Origin: Folioceros fuciformis
Lineage: Eukaryota
NCBI GenBank assembly: GCA_049999805.1
Contig: JBNGIO010005980.1
Coordinates: forward strand, 46,061-66,060
Direction of reading: 5' to 3'
Length of the DNA: 20,000 nt
In this document: one piece after another, positions 1 through 11,885 of the stretch
How the letters are laid out: every line of letters starts with the position of its first letter
Position numbering within the stretch: the stretch's first letter is position 1
Notes under the pieces: model-generated
What the model was told of the DNA's origin: nothing
The model's input: only the letters and a program-made list of their open reading frames with translations
Databases searched by the model: none
Program-made: the position numbers and the translations under genes

Positions 1-189
1 AAATTAGAGCCCTTTTCATCCTCCACACCGTGAGGCTTGAGATTAGAGTCCAAGTTTAGTGACCTAAAATCTTGGCCTTTAGTCTTGTTCACTCTCCAAA
101 TCGTGAATCCCTAAGTCTAGAGTCCAAGTTCAGTGACTTGACAACTATATCCTAATAATGACCTAGGTCTATAGTTCAAGATCGGTGAC

Positions 190-347
190 TTGGATAACTA
201 TACCCTAAAAGTGACCTAATAGGTCTAAATTATAGGGTGCCTAATTCACTTTCAAAGTTGTAGATCCTTGGATAACTATACCCTAAAAGTGACCTAATAG
301 ATTTGAATTATAGGGTGCCTAATTCACTTTCAAAGTTGTAGATCCTT
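190..347. repeat. Tandem duplication of a 78-bp unit within a degenerate repeat tract (1-400)
   Basis: TGGATAACTATACCCTAAAAGTGACCTAATAG...TTCAAAGTTGTAGATCCTT starts at 191 and again at 269 with few mismatches. A related motif GAGTCCAAGTT(C/T)AGTGAC recurs near 47, 120 and 355. Confidence 0.9.
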
Positions 348-906
348 AAGTCTGGAGTCCAAGTTCAGTGACTTGACAGCTACCAGCTACACCCTAACTT
401 TACCTTGTAAGGCTCACAGATAACGTTTGCATCTTATCTTCAAGACATTAATCCAAACTACAGAACTATGTAGAAATCATCCGCTCTTAAATTTGAGAGG
501 AAATCTTTAAGAGGCACATGGGAGTGTGGCATTTCTTCGGCATGAACGCCATGTGTTTTTTGGTGAAAATCATGGATCTTGCAAAACTTGGATATCGCCT
601 ACGTTGAATTCTTGGCTGTGGCCGATGATTCAAGAAATTAAGCATGCAATCCTCTTGGTGAAAAATGCTAAAACACGCTTCAAACCTCCGATGGAGAAAT
701 GGCCCAGCTCACCTAAGCTCACTGCCAAGCTCTCCAACCTCCCTCAGCCCTAAGATCTCCATGGCTTCCCAAGCTCTCTCTTGCTTGGAACTCCCCATGA
801 ACAAAACTCGTATTAAAATCCTTAATCTTAACAGAAAATAAGTAGAAATTTGTAGAGAGACAAGTTGATTTTTTTCTCCAAACTTATGTTCGAAGTTGGA
901 TTCCAT

Positions 907-1010
907 CTTCAGATCCGACTCATGCTCCAAACTCCAATCCCACTTCAGATCCGNNNNNNNNNNCTCCAATCCCACTTCAGATCCGACTCATGCTCCAAAC
1001 TCCAATCCCA
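907..1010. repeat. 36-bp tandem repeat spanning an assembly gap
   Basis: Unit CTTCAGATCCGACTCATGCTCCAAACTCCAATCCCA starts at 907, restarts at 943, and appears again after the 10-N gap (954-963). True copy number is unresolved. Confidence 0.85.
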
Positions 1011-2551
1011 GCTCTAGTTTTTGTTGGAAACTTTCAAGTGTTGCAGAACTTCCCTTCCTAATATGGAATAATGAAAGTGGTAAGTTTAAGCCTTACAAAA
1101 CTTCCTTACTTCTTGACATGAAACAAATCAAGAGTTTGGGCCCTCCACACTCCATTCTAGCACCTTCCAACCAGCTGAGTCCGGGTTGAGTCATCTCGTT
1201 GCTTTGAAGTTCAGTCCAAGGTGAGTCATCCATCCCAGCAGCAGCGGAGGATTGCTGGCGATTTTTTTTTTTTTCTCTCCCCCTTCATGAACATATATAT
1301 ATGCTCAAGGTAATATTAAAAAAAACAAAATTCTTTCATGTCTCACACGCACCTGCACAGATGTACAGACATACCTTCGACGAAGACATCCCGAATGTTC
1401 CACGGAGTCTCCCCCTCGGCCCCGCAACAGTGACCCTCCTCCCGCTTCCTGGCATGGTGTGTGGTCCTGAAGATAGAAAGGGGTGCAGGTGGTGGGGCCG
1501 CGACAAGGCTTGGCTTACCAAACTGCACAAAAATATTTGTGGGCACGGATGTGGGGCAAGAGTCTGCGATTGGGCAGGGGCAGTTGATGGCGGCAGAGAA
1601 GAGCTGAGCAGAGCAGAGGGAGATGCAGCAGAGGCAGAGGCATGGCTGCCCTAGGCTGTCCAGTCACTGTCTTGCCACAGAAATCACGCGCCGCTGTGCG
1701 GAACCCAGCTTCAGGAACAGCCCACCAGCTGGAGTGCCGGGCTGGCAGACTGAAGACGTGTACTCACCTGCTGCGGTGCCTGCCTTCACCACCCAATCAA
1801 TCGACGCTTGGTTCCAGAAGATTTGGCAGCCTCCATTAAAGTGAAAGGGAAGTTGGAAGTGAGTCTCGGGGGCGAGTACGTGAGACGGAAGTCGCGAGTG
1901 CTCGTCCGAAACGGGCGAGGCGTGAACACAGGATTAGGTCATTAAGAACGTAATTTCCGTGATCGACTGGTGGTGCGTAGGACTGCAGAACAGCAGGTTG
2001 CGTGTTCAATTCACGTCCGGTACATCCAGGCGAAGCACGGAAACCGCTGAAGTCCCTGTTCTTCAGCGGACCCCCTGGCTGCAGATATTTCTAGTCCGGT
2101 CCCTTTCCCCTCGGGAATAAATGTGACGTGCCTACGGCAAAACAAATGTGACCCAACCCAATCCGACAACGAGTGAAGGGGAAAGAAGAGGCAAAAGAAT
2201 CGAGTATGCCGCCCGTGCTCTTCGTCCTTGGCACTCCTGTAGATGGAGACGGATTTCTAGACTCCTCCAATAATTTGTGCGAAGTGCGTGAGCATTGGGT
2301 GAGAGAAGCGCAGCTCTTCCCCACAACTGTCTGCCGCTACTGCTGCCAAGCTGGGAACGCCTAGGCCATTCCAGAAATGAATGGACGAGGCCGCTGTCCT
2401 GGAGTCCCGTCTGCAGAAGGCAGGAGGGAGAGTTTATGTACCCGATTGTCAGCTCGTGGTGGGTGAAGTCTTGGGTGAACTATGATCCACCCACTGCGGG
2501 TACTGCTGCCGTGTGAGGTGGTTCTGCTTCCCCGTTCACGTCTCCGTCGTC

Positions 2552-5500
2552 CTAGCTCCAAAGGAGGTTCATCTCCCCCCCTCCTCCATGCCAGGAAGAA
2601 CGCAGTTCCTACCGGATACGTTACACACGTGGAATGCTGGTTAGCCCTGGGTGGAAACAGATGGGAAACACACCTCGGTTAAAGTGAGGAGGAAGGCGTT
2701 GCGTTTACTAACGAGTGTGCAAAGTACGATGTACAGAAGGGTCGGTTGACCCTTGCCGTCCATGAGGTTAGGTGCCACGTAAGTCAGGAAGAGGCCTGCA
2801 AGAGGATCGGTACTCATTAGCCCCGGGTAACACCTGAACGGGATTTCGGTGGTGTAGAGACTTTACCGAAACCGTAGCCCATGATTGCCCATAAGAAGTA
2901 TCCTTTCGTGAGGCTTTTTTTCTCTGCCCAGTCATACCTGCGAAATAGCAACAGCGACATTTCAAGGGTTGTGATCCGGCGTGTTCTGCGATTACTGGCA
3001 ACAACATAATAGCCGGTGACTTACCTGAGGCAGAAGGAGACAAGGAGACCTGGCAGAAGAATGTCTCCAAAACCTACAATGCTGTAACCACCCCATGGGT
3101 TATACAGTCTGGGAACCTTCAGAAGCATCGGAATACCATCTCCTCCGCTTTTGTCACCTCGGGCAACCTGGGATGGTCACCGCATGAGCATCCTTAGATA
3201 GGACTAGCATGCAGGAGACGCTGTAAGAAAAGGGCAAAGACATCTGCCATGTACTTACCACAATCATCACACTTTCGTGGCAGAAATAAGGTGATATGAA
3301 CACCCAGAAAATGTCGTAGAAGAACGCACAACTCAATAGCACCGTGGAAAACTGTGTCCAATAGCCCAGGTTACAAAAGCAGTTCAGACAACACGGACTG
3401 CTGGCTATTCTACACGCCTCCGTGTCGAAGGAGGTGAGTAATTGCACCAGCACACCTTAATGTTGGGAAGTTGCACAATTTGGAGCACTGTAAGAATCAA
3501 TGAAATGCCCTGGAGAGCAAACGCCGTGCAACGACATTTGTCAGTTATGACAACAGGGAGGCATTGGTGAGCCAGAGGATGTCGTAATGAGAACTTACAA
3601 GAATATCCTGAGCAATCCAGGCAAAGGAGAGATGCCGAAATACTGCCCACAACACTCCGAATGTGATGCAGAAGGGAGCGACAAGTGAGAGCACCGATAT
3701 GTCCCCGATTAAGGGTACCTTTACATAGAGGGAAGCTAAACTGGGCGCAAACCTGCAGGGTTCCGAGGGCAAGCAGGAAACCAGGGAAGTGTGTAAACCT
3801 CCTGTATAGCTCAAAGCACAAAGGCACCTCTGTCTTGCAACGAATAAAGCGTAACCCACAACACATAAGTGACCAACATCACGGAAGCATTTACCTAGAG
3901 AGAAGTGACACCACACAGGTTTGCAAGCCCTGCATTGCGTTCACAGCATGCTAAACGCATCAGGTGTCAAGCCAGATGACAGCGCACTAGAAACTCCTTG
4001 CGCGAGAACCAAATTCTATGGTCGATATATGCTATGTGTAGCTTTTCAGAGAATGAGGGTGGAAATTACCTCAACTCCACCAATACAAAACACAACCACC
4101 AGAATCATAAGGAACCACTTCGACATGAGAAAGTAGAGCAACACCAAGAACGCGGATGCCAGAACGAGAAATAGCACTGCTGAAAAGACATTGATGTCAA
4201 CCACGTTCTTCTCCTCACTACTTTCATCCACATAGAGGTCGACAACATCCTGATCACCAGACAAGAAAAATAAGGATAGCGAAGTTCAGACAAAGGCAGC
4301 CTTGATCATTGGTTGTCATGTAAAGCATAACTGGACGACAGTTAGATCAAACAGGATTGTCTCTCTGACATCGGATCACACTCCACATGCCGATCAACAC
4401 ACCTTCACTCTTCGGTAGTGTTGGATTGATGCCTCTTTCGCAGTCCATGCAGACCAGTAAGAAGCCCCCAGGATAGTGCCAACTGCCATCAGCCACAAAA
4501 AAACTTCCGCAACATCCACAAGCGGCCGTGTTGGAGAGAAGAGGAGCACTCTCACTAGAAACACAGGGGCAAACAGTAGTGATAAGCGTCTGCTCCCGCA
4601 AATAAGACAAACAAGCTTCGGCGTGCTGTGCTACAGACACAGACGCAACACAGGACATACCCCTCTTCCCTGCCACAACATTAGCTTCCAGACTGCTTCC
4701 GGCATCTTTGGGCAACATCACCACAGGGATCGTGATATCGACGAACGTATCATTCTCCTCGCACACCATCTTATAGAGCCTGTGACCATCCCACCACACG
4801 ACCAGCACATACAAGTTCTCAGTGATAAGGAAGACTGCCTATTCCACAAATAACCAGCACACCAACGAGGATCTCTACCTTCTTGGTCATGAACCACTAA
4901 CAAGGGAATAGCTCCAGCCTGCTGTGCAATTTGAGCCTTCTTCGTAAAAGGTCCAATTCCCCTGTCAGCAATAGCAAAGGAAGGGATTTCCTGAAGACAA
5001 AATCACCGGTCAATTCTCACGCCCAAGGCAAGCACTACGCCAGGGGGAACAATTTCAGCGCGTCCTTGCCTTGGTCGTGATGTTTGTGCAGCGGTCCCTA
5101 GGATCTGCAATGAAGAGAGTGCACTGTGAGCATCTTCTTCTCTGCTCTGTATCTCGCCACCGAAGTGTGCACTGACTCCCACATACTCGTTCTCCTCGCC
5201 GTTAACCCAGTTTCGCACTTTCACCTACCATCCCACACCATGTTTCCACTTAGCCACCTGCAAGAACGAGCACCCTTGCACTCCGAATTGGAGTGACCAT
5301 GCACGCTGTGATCTAACCAAGAACTACCAAACACACTGAGTGCGTCTGCTGCACAGCCACCGGGTGACGCATCCCAGAACCTGCAGTAGGCATGCACCTA
5401 CCAGCAAAAAAGCATTGTCGCAGCCAGCAACCCAGGGCGAATCGTCATCGTCCGATGTGTCCCGAGCAACGACTTGCAGCAGCATGAGAGAGGCACTCAG

Positions 5501-5572
5501 CAAGATGATCAGCCAGACGAGCCCCAGTGCAGGGCCGCCATGAGGCTGCCGGCCAGAAGAGCAGATCCCCAT
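2552..5572 (-). CDS. SPPL: Signal peptide peptidase-like protein (plant SPPL2/4 type; PA domain + peptidase A22B), 14 exons; frame disrupted as assembled (young pseudogene or indel errors)
   Basis: Exons read manually: 5572-5402 (signal peptide, GCDNAFLL), 5224-5070 (VKVRNWVNG), 4990-4879, 4779-4661 ([23 protein letters not shown]), 4554-4403 ([28 protein letters not shown]), 4249-4070, 3929-3895 ([11 protein letters not shown]), 3752-3599 (FAWIAQDIL), 3509-3456, 3351-3259 ([10 protein letters not shown], catalytic YD), 3167-3025 ([14 protein letters not shown], GxGD), 2937-2867, 2795-~2709 (GQPTLLYIV), 2608-2552 ([11 protein letters not shown]). Introns are GT-AG except one GC-AG. Frameshifts at ~5118 and at the exon 3/4 junction. 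Confidence 0.93.
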
Positions 5573-6830
5573 GGTCGGCTTCGCAAATGTCAGAGGTAAT
5601 TCGCAGTCCTGATGGATGCCCAGCTCCGTTTCACGGCAAGCTCCAGCGCAGCAATGAGACTGCTAGGCTTGCGCAGTTCCAGAGTGCGGGGAGAATGCCA
5701 CGCGAAGGGGAACGCGATGGAATTTACGTTCACGCGTCACTTGGGACCTTGGGCCCTTTGTGATTTGCAAGCTTCTCTCCCTGATGTCGAGCCTGCCTTC
5801 CCTTTGTCACTTCAAATCCGGCTCGTCCTCTCCTCAAGTACAGCTTGGTACAAAGTTCCCACGACGGAAATTCAACGCAGCCTTTGGATTTTATTCAATT
5901 TCATCGCCTCTTTTCGTTTCCTCATGTCCGGCACAACGGCCTCTCGTCAAGGAAACCGACGACTCGACCCTCATGCGAAGGTCCACGAACTTTGATCATC
6001 CTTTCGCCTCACTACAAACTATATTTGTAAGGCTCCCTTCAAAATTGAATTATTAATGAACATCGACTTGGATGGCATTCTTGAACAAATGAAAATTCAT
6101 CAGCATAGATTTACCGCAAGTTTGAAGGAAGTGTAGAACACGCTCCGCGTAGATTCACAGCAAGTCTGAAGCAAAAGCAATTGTAGAACACGATCGGCAT
6201 ATATTTCCTCATGTTCGACATCTTGTCAACCTAGTTTCCGGAACTTCATTCCTTGAACCTAGGTTCACATGATGGGCAACAAGTATGAAGCAATTGTAGA
6301 ACACGTGTAGGACATGATCTCCTCGTTTTTGGCATCTCGCCAAACTAATTTCCATTACATTCTGCATTCACACTATAATAATTTTTTTTATTTCAGTATT
6401 TATTAATTATAATTATTTAACACCAAATCACTCCTCGAGGTACGGTATTAATCAAGATCCACTTTGATGGTATTCTTGAACAAATGAAAATTTGACGCAA
6501 TCCATTGGTGGTAGGCGATCTAACTCCCTCTATCTTCGTCTCGGTCTCGGGACACTTGCAGGCGAGAATCGGGTTTTGTCAACTAAGTGGGTAGTACAAT
6601 ATGACTAGCTTGAGGAGCTAGCATGCTGGGGTGACGTACAAACCACCAATTATCCACCCACCTCCTTCTAACTAAACCCTAGAAGGGAGCTAAACTACTT
6701 GAATGCTCTTATCGAAAGCTTCCCAAAGTTGGTACAAAGAGGTTTGTGCGGCAGCAGACGAAACCTAAACCCTATAATACACCATCTTCTAACAGGGCAT
6801 AGTGGGACCTCATCTTGACACCTATCACCC

Positions 6831-7940
6831 TTACAACCCAAAAGCACTCAACCCTATCGCACTTTCCTTCTCAAAGATCTCAACATACTAGTAGATAGTA
6901 GTGATAGCAAGCAAGATTCCCGTTCCAGACCCAAAGGCACCAATCAAGTAAGCCAAAAACACTTAGAGCACTGATACACATTTCACCTAAGGAAGCCACT
7001 GTTGGGTTGTAGCAATTCAACTCCTTTTCAAGGTTGCATTCCCAATTATCAGGAATCACCAATTGTTCGTCCTAATCAAACCAAACAGGGGAAAAAAAAT
7101 CAGTATCCTAAAATTTCAGCTCACAAGCTGTAACCATTTGTAGTCACAAAGGCTAGATTGCACACTGCAAAAGTTTACCTTCAATTGCCTCGCCATGTCA
7201 CGAGTTGATGTACCAGACACTCTAATCCATATCCCTGAGAATAAGGAGCATGCTTGTTAGCATGCTCCTCGTTCTCAGACTACAATATTGAGTAAGGTCA
7301 ATTAACACACTTAGGGGCCCATGACACGACTCAAGCTTTCACAAGCAAAACTTTTAGCTTGGAGAGGCACTCGCACAAGCTTCTACCTAGCTGAAGGTGT
7401 GCTGTAATACACAAGTCCCCCAACAAGAATCACTTGACCAACGAATGAGTGCTCATCCGCCTTCCACTTCCCAAGTAGTTGGACAAGAAAGTTGCCTCCA
7501 AATTTGTTATGTAACAACTATAAGACACAAGTAGGAGACCAATGTTATTGAATGCACACACCATTAGCGTTCTACATCAAACAGCAGTAGTTTCCAATCC
7601 ATACAAAGAGTAAGGATGAGCAAGTACTTGGGACACGAAGTACAGATTGGAGACTAGGGCACCTTGCAGCATGATAGGCATACTGCATATGTAGGAAAGA
7701 TTAATAGCATACTTGCTCTATTGTCCACGAGCCCTTTTATTTCTTACTGGAAGTAAAACCCAAAAACCTTGAAGATAGACAACAAGGAGAAACACTACAG
7801 TTGCTGCCAACATATTAGTGGCACTTCCAAGTTCCTGCCTAAAGAAGGGCTGTTTCAATGCCTGTATCGATCCATCCTTGGAGAAGGCCGCATGAAGAAG
7901 GGCAACAGCTACATCTTTGAACTCAGGGCCATGATCAGTG
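6831..7940 (-). pseudogene. SEC61A: Sec61 alpha subunit (SecY family) pseudogene, 3' four exons
   Basis: ~7940-7628: GPEFKDVAVALLH...VVYLQGFWVLLPVRNKRARGQ*SKYAINLSYICSMPIMLQGALVSNLYFVSQ. 7517-7387: LLHNKFGGNFLVQLLGKWK...VGGLVYY. 7279-7179: ACSLFSGIWIRVSGTSTRDMARQLK. 7071-6831: QLVIPDNWECNLEKELNCYNPT...GSGTGILLAITTIY*YVEIFEKE...FGL*. These match plant Sec61alpha motifs, with in-frame stops, frameshifts and retained introns. Confidence 0.93.
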
Positions 7941-10470
7941 GATGGAAGAGGCGGCTGAGCCAAGTTGAGAGGGGCAGTGCTGCACAGCTATGCATCAGTA
8001 TTGGGGCCAGGCGGTGTAGGGGTTGGCAAGGCATGATCCGGTGAGGTTGAATCATCAGACTTGTTGGAGGAGGAGTCGTTTATACAGATAGCATTGCCGT
8101 CATCTGGAGGGAACTTGGACGGTGGATCGATGGCGATGGTAGAGGGTACCCCGAGGTTGGGAGCGAGGTCGCGTGAGTTTGATGGTGGGGGCGATGCAAC
8201 TAACTCCAAGAAGGTAACACTCCTAGCAAGTGTGATGGAGCCTGTTCGGGGATTAAAAATCTGGTAGGGCCTCACCTACTCGCTGTACCCTATGAAGGTC
8301 AGCTTCTCAACTCTATTTTCGAGCTTGCGCCGCTTCTTGGATGGGATGTAGGCAAAGGGAGGAGAGCCGAAAACTCTGAGGTAAAGGATGTTGGGCTTTT
8401 TGCCCCAAAAGACCTCGTAGGGTATCTTGCCAGGAACCGAGCTGGTGAGGACTCGGTTTAAGATATAAGTGGCGGAGACAACTGCCTCTGCCCAATAGCT
8501 GGAGGGAAGGTTAGACCGGCGGAGCATACTTCAGGTCATGCTGAGAAGGGTTTGATTCTTTTTCTCTGCCACCCTATTATGTTGTTGTGTGTAAGGCACG
8601 ATTAGTTGGCGTTCAATTCCTTTGCTCTATAGGTAAGTGTTGAAGGTGTCATTGACAAACTATGCGCCATTATTTGTCCGCAGAAATTTAAGGGTGTGGC
8701 CTGATTGCCTCTCGGCGGTGATTAGCTAGTTAGCAAAAATATGGAAGGTGTCGCTCTTGAGGCGCATGAGGAACGTCCAGGTATACCTACTAAAGTCATT
8801 GGTGAGGGACAAGTAATATTGGGTGCCCCCCAAGGGCTGTTCATGGATTTTCCTAGAAATATCTGCATGCACTAACGCTAGGGTAACATATGCCCTATGG
8901 GCATGAGTAGGGGAGGAGAGCTCCCGTTGTTTAGCTAGCACACAGGATTCAAAGGTAGGGAGGCTTCGAAAACACCTTGGGAGGGGTTCTCAGTAGCAGT
9001 ACTGGGCTAACATAGCTATCAACTTGTTTTTGTTAACATGACCTAGCTGTGCGTGCCACAGGGAGGCCAAAGGCTGGGATTGGGCGTGGATACTGCTGGC
9101 CAGGAAAACAGGAGGGTCATATCACTTGTCGAAAGCCAACCTATACAAGTCGTCCTGTGGAATCCCTTTGAAGACACATAACTAAGGGTTGGACGGTATG
9201 AAGAAGAAGCACTCGTCAGTCGAGGCTCTCATCTCGAAGGAACCTTGCTTCATGAGCTTGCTCAAAGATAGCACGTTTTTCCCCATATTAGGTACATACA
9301 GCACGTGGTCTAATGACAGCATGGTGCCATCTTGCAAAACAAACTACGAGACCCCCTGGCCTTGAATGGTAAGGTTGGTATGATTCTGCTTGTCACCAAG
9401 CAAGACTCGCTCCTTGAGCGGTCATGCGTCTAGATGGGAGAACTGGGAGCTGTCATTGCAAATGTGGGCAATGGCCCCATTGTTCAAATACCAGCCCTTG
9501 TCCTTGGAGGTTTGGCTGGTGAGACATACGGTAAGGATTTTGATGGTCTTGGTGCTTTCAAACTGACTCTTCCCAGTTGTGGAAGCTACCGCAGCTTGTC
9601 GAAGGCCTGCCTTTTGAGGCTCTTCTGCCTTCTTCTTGCAGCACTCGTGGGACCAGTGGCCGGGGATGCCATACTAGATACAGTTTCCTGGATGTTGGGG
9701 TGGAGCAGAAGAAGCTTCGCATTTAGGGGCAGAAGATGAGCGATTGGGCCTAAGTTTGGTTGCTAAGGCCCTGTCGATTCTTTTCTTAGATCTTCCTACT
9801 GAGTTTTGGTGGCTTTGCTCTTGCTGGTAGATTGTCCCTATGATCTCCTCCACTAAGCGTGAGGAGCCGAGCTGGCTCTAACATTGCCTACTCGAGACTA
9901 GCATAAGACTAGTCACAAAGTTATTGTAGGAGGAGGGGAGGCTCATGAGAAGCTGGGCTGCTGCGTCATCCTCGGACATAACAGATCCAAGCGAGGCGAG
10001 TAAGCCACGGAGGTGGCGGAACCTCGAGGTATGAGCGGCTATAGTATCTCCCTTCTTCATCTTGAGTGCATTGAATTCCTACCAGGCATAGTATAGAATG
10101 AGGACGTTGTTCACGTTGTAGGTGTTAGAGAGCTGCTCCCAAATGGCTTGGGCATCGGTGAGGAACTCCACGCTTGGAAACTAGACTAGAGTCCAAGCCG
10201 CTAATCAACAGCGCAATGGCAATGCCATTCAAGTAGTCCCATTTCTCGATAGCAGCAGCAGATGGAGTAGGTGAGGCATGAGGGTCGGGCTTCGGAAATG
10301 TTTCGTCTACGATCCTTCAGAGGCCTCTTCCAATGAGGATGGTCTTCATGCGAACTCGCCACACTGGGTAGTGAGTTCCGTTGAACCTATCTTTTTCTTT
10401 CATGTGATCTGTGAACACTGGCTTGAAACGCCCAGTGCAGGTGAGGAGGGTGAGGTGCTCCTGGCTATGG
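7941..10470 (-). mobile_element. Degenerate, 3'-truncated Ty1/copia LTR retrotransposon (gag, zinc knuckle, protease, integrase; no RT/RNase H)
   Basis: Gag N-terminus FNGTHYPVWRVRMKTILIGRGL* (~10320-10390); gag core MKKGDTIAAH...LLMSLPSSYNNFVTSL; decayed CCHC (GNCI*YGIPGHWSHEC, ~9645-9690); protease WYLNNGAIAHIC (~9460-9495); LWHAQLGHVN (~9035-9065); integrase YYLSLTNDFSRYTWTF and YWAEAVVSATYILNR...LRVFGS...FIGYSE. Protease-before-integrase order fits copia. Many stops and frameshifts. Confidence 0.93.
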
Positions 10471-11722
10471 CTAACACACTATTAAGGGACAAGGATCCGA
10501 ATTGATTTATCAGCTAGTAAAGTGGTAAGTTAGACATGCGGCTTCATTCTTCCTTGATTGTAGTCTCGTGTGAGTAGCAAGAAGATAGGATGGTACTCCT
10601 CCCACTCGTGACAGCCAAGGTAGTGGCACGCTGATCCCATGGGCTTGCACGTGCAGGTTGGAAGTCATGTGGATTTGCTTGCAAGTGTTGTGTGGGTGCC
10701 ACTAGAAGGCCAACAGTTGCGTGCTTAGCGCGATGGAGGTTGGTTAGGGTTGGTGGAGGTTGCCCTTGCGTCGCTTCGAGTCTAGCCTGTTTCGTGGTGT
10801 CTAGGGGCAATGGAAGAAAGAAGAACGGCGAGGCAATCTCAGCATTGATGAAGAGGGAGTCCAGGCGCGTTGGGTCGCGGTGCTCTGGTGTAGGGACACG
10901 ACGCCTTAGGGCCACCTTTTATAGACTAGAGCTCAATCCAGCTACAACCATCCCACCGCTGTCATGTCGTTTGAGGATTGAAGGTGCCCACTCATATCGC
11001 TTTGGTGCTAATGAGCCATAGTGCCAAGCTTCTTGAGCTTCCGCAACGCGAGGCGGCCAGTGTTGAATCTTTGGTGCTATGCTAGGGTGACAAGAACCGG
11101 TCAGGCTTGGGGCGAAGGGCACCTTGAGGCGGGTTGCAACGGAAGCAACAACAAATGGATTTGGTGAGCCATGAGGTTTTGTTGTGGGCCTTGGCTCCGT
11201 CATTCAAAGTAGCTCCTATTCACCTTTTCTCACAAGTTGCAGGCGAGTTGGAGGTGTGTCGAGGGGCAACCAGCCCAAGTTGAGGCCGCGAAGGAGTACT
11301 TGGTTCGCTTCTAAGATCTAGAGGAAAAGTTGTTGTAGGATTTCCATGTGTTTTGTTTTATTAATCTGGTTTTTTCCAATCTAAAGTTGAGGGTGCAGGC
11401 AAAGAGGCCTTCATGGGCACAGGGTTCGGGCGCCATCCAAAGTCGATGGCTATTGAGCATTGTGCCCAATTGAAGGTTTTGTCGTCAACGACTACATTTT
11501 AGATGCTTGTGTGGCTAAGAGTGTTTCTGCAGGTGGCGAAATGGAGATTTCAGCATGGCTGAGAATGCAATGGGTGCTGCATGCTAAGACGTGCTAATGA
11601 TAAGGACCACAAAAATAGCTCATGGTACAGAAGTGCAGCAATCAACATCATCAGGTGAAAGATGGTCAGAAGGCAATGAGTAAGCTATATAACATTTGGC
11701 AGGCAACAACAAAATTTGTGCT

Positions 11723-11885
11723 AAGTGTTTGTGGCATTGAATAGGGAGATTCTAGACCCAAAACCATATCTCTTTTGAAGAAGCTCGTCCAAACAAACCA
11801 TGATGATGCCAACGGTAGTGAGCTGCATGACAACAAGAATGGCATTACCAAGTCCAAGATCTCCATACACCCCTGTTAGGACGTA
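11723..11885 (-). pseudogene. SEC61A: Sec61 alpha pseudogene, upstream exon fragment; N-terminal third of the protein absent
   Basis: Translates [54 protein letters not shown], matching Sec61alpha YVLSGMYG...GNAILII.QL...[24 protein letters not shown]. Homology stops abruptly above 11886. Confidence 0.92.

Noticed and set aside
5612-6056. Plus-strand ORFs upstream of SPPL
   Set aside because: No recognisable motifs or consistent frame; likely promoter or intergenic sequence.
10999-11013. Copia primer-binding site (minus TAGCACCAAAGC versus TGGTATCAGAGC) and 5' LTR boundary
   Set aside because: Only 8 of 12 bases match and there is no second LTR to confirm it; not reported as a feature.
10544-11203. 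ORFs upstream of copia gag as extra element genes
   Set aside because: Low-information translations on both strands; more likely LTR or leader sequence.
11666-11866. Track [13 protein letters not shown]... as a gene
   Set aside because: It is an alternative frame over the Sec61alpha fragment.
11873-11885. CTAACAG as the native Sec61 splice acceptor
   Set aside because: The same bases encode YVLTG, matching conserved YVLSG, so this is coding sequence broken mid-exon; at most a cryptic acceptor.
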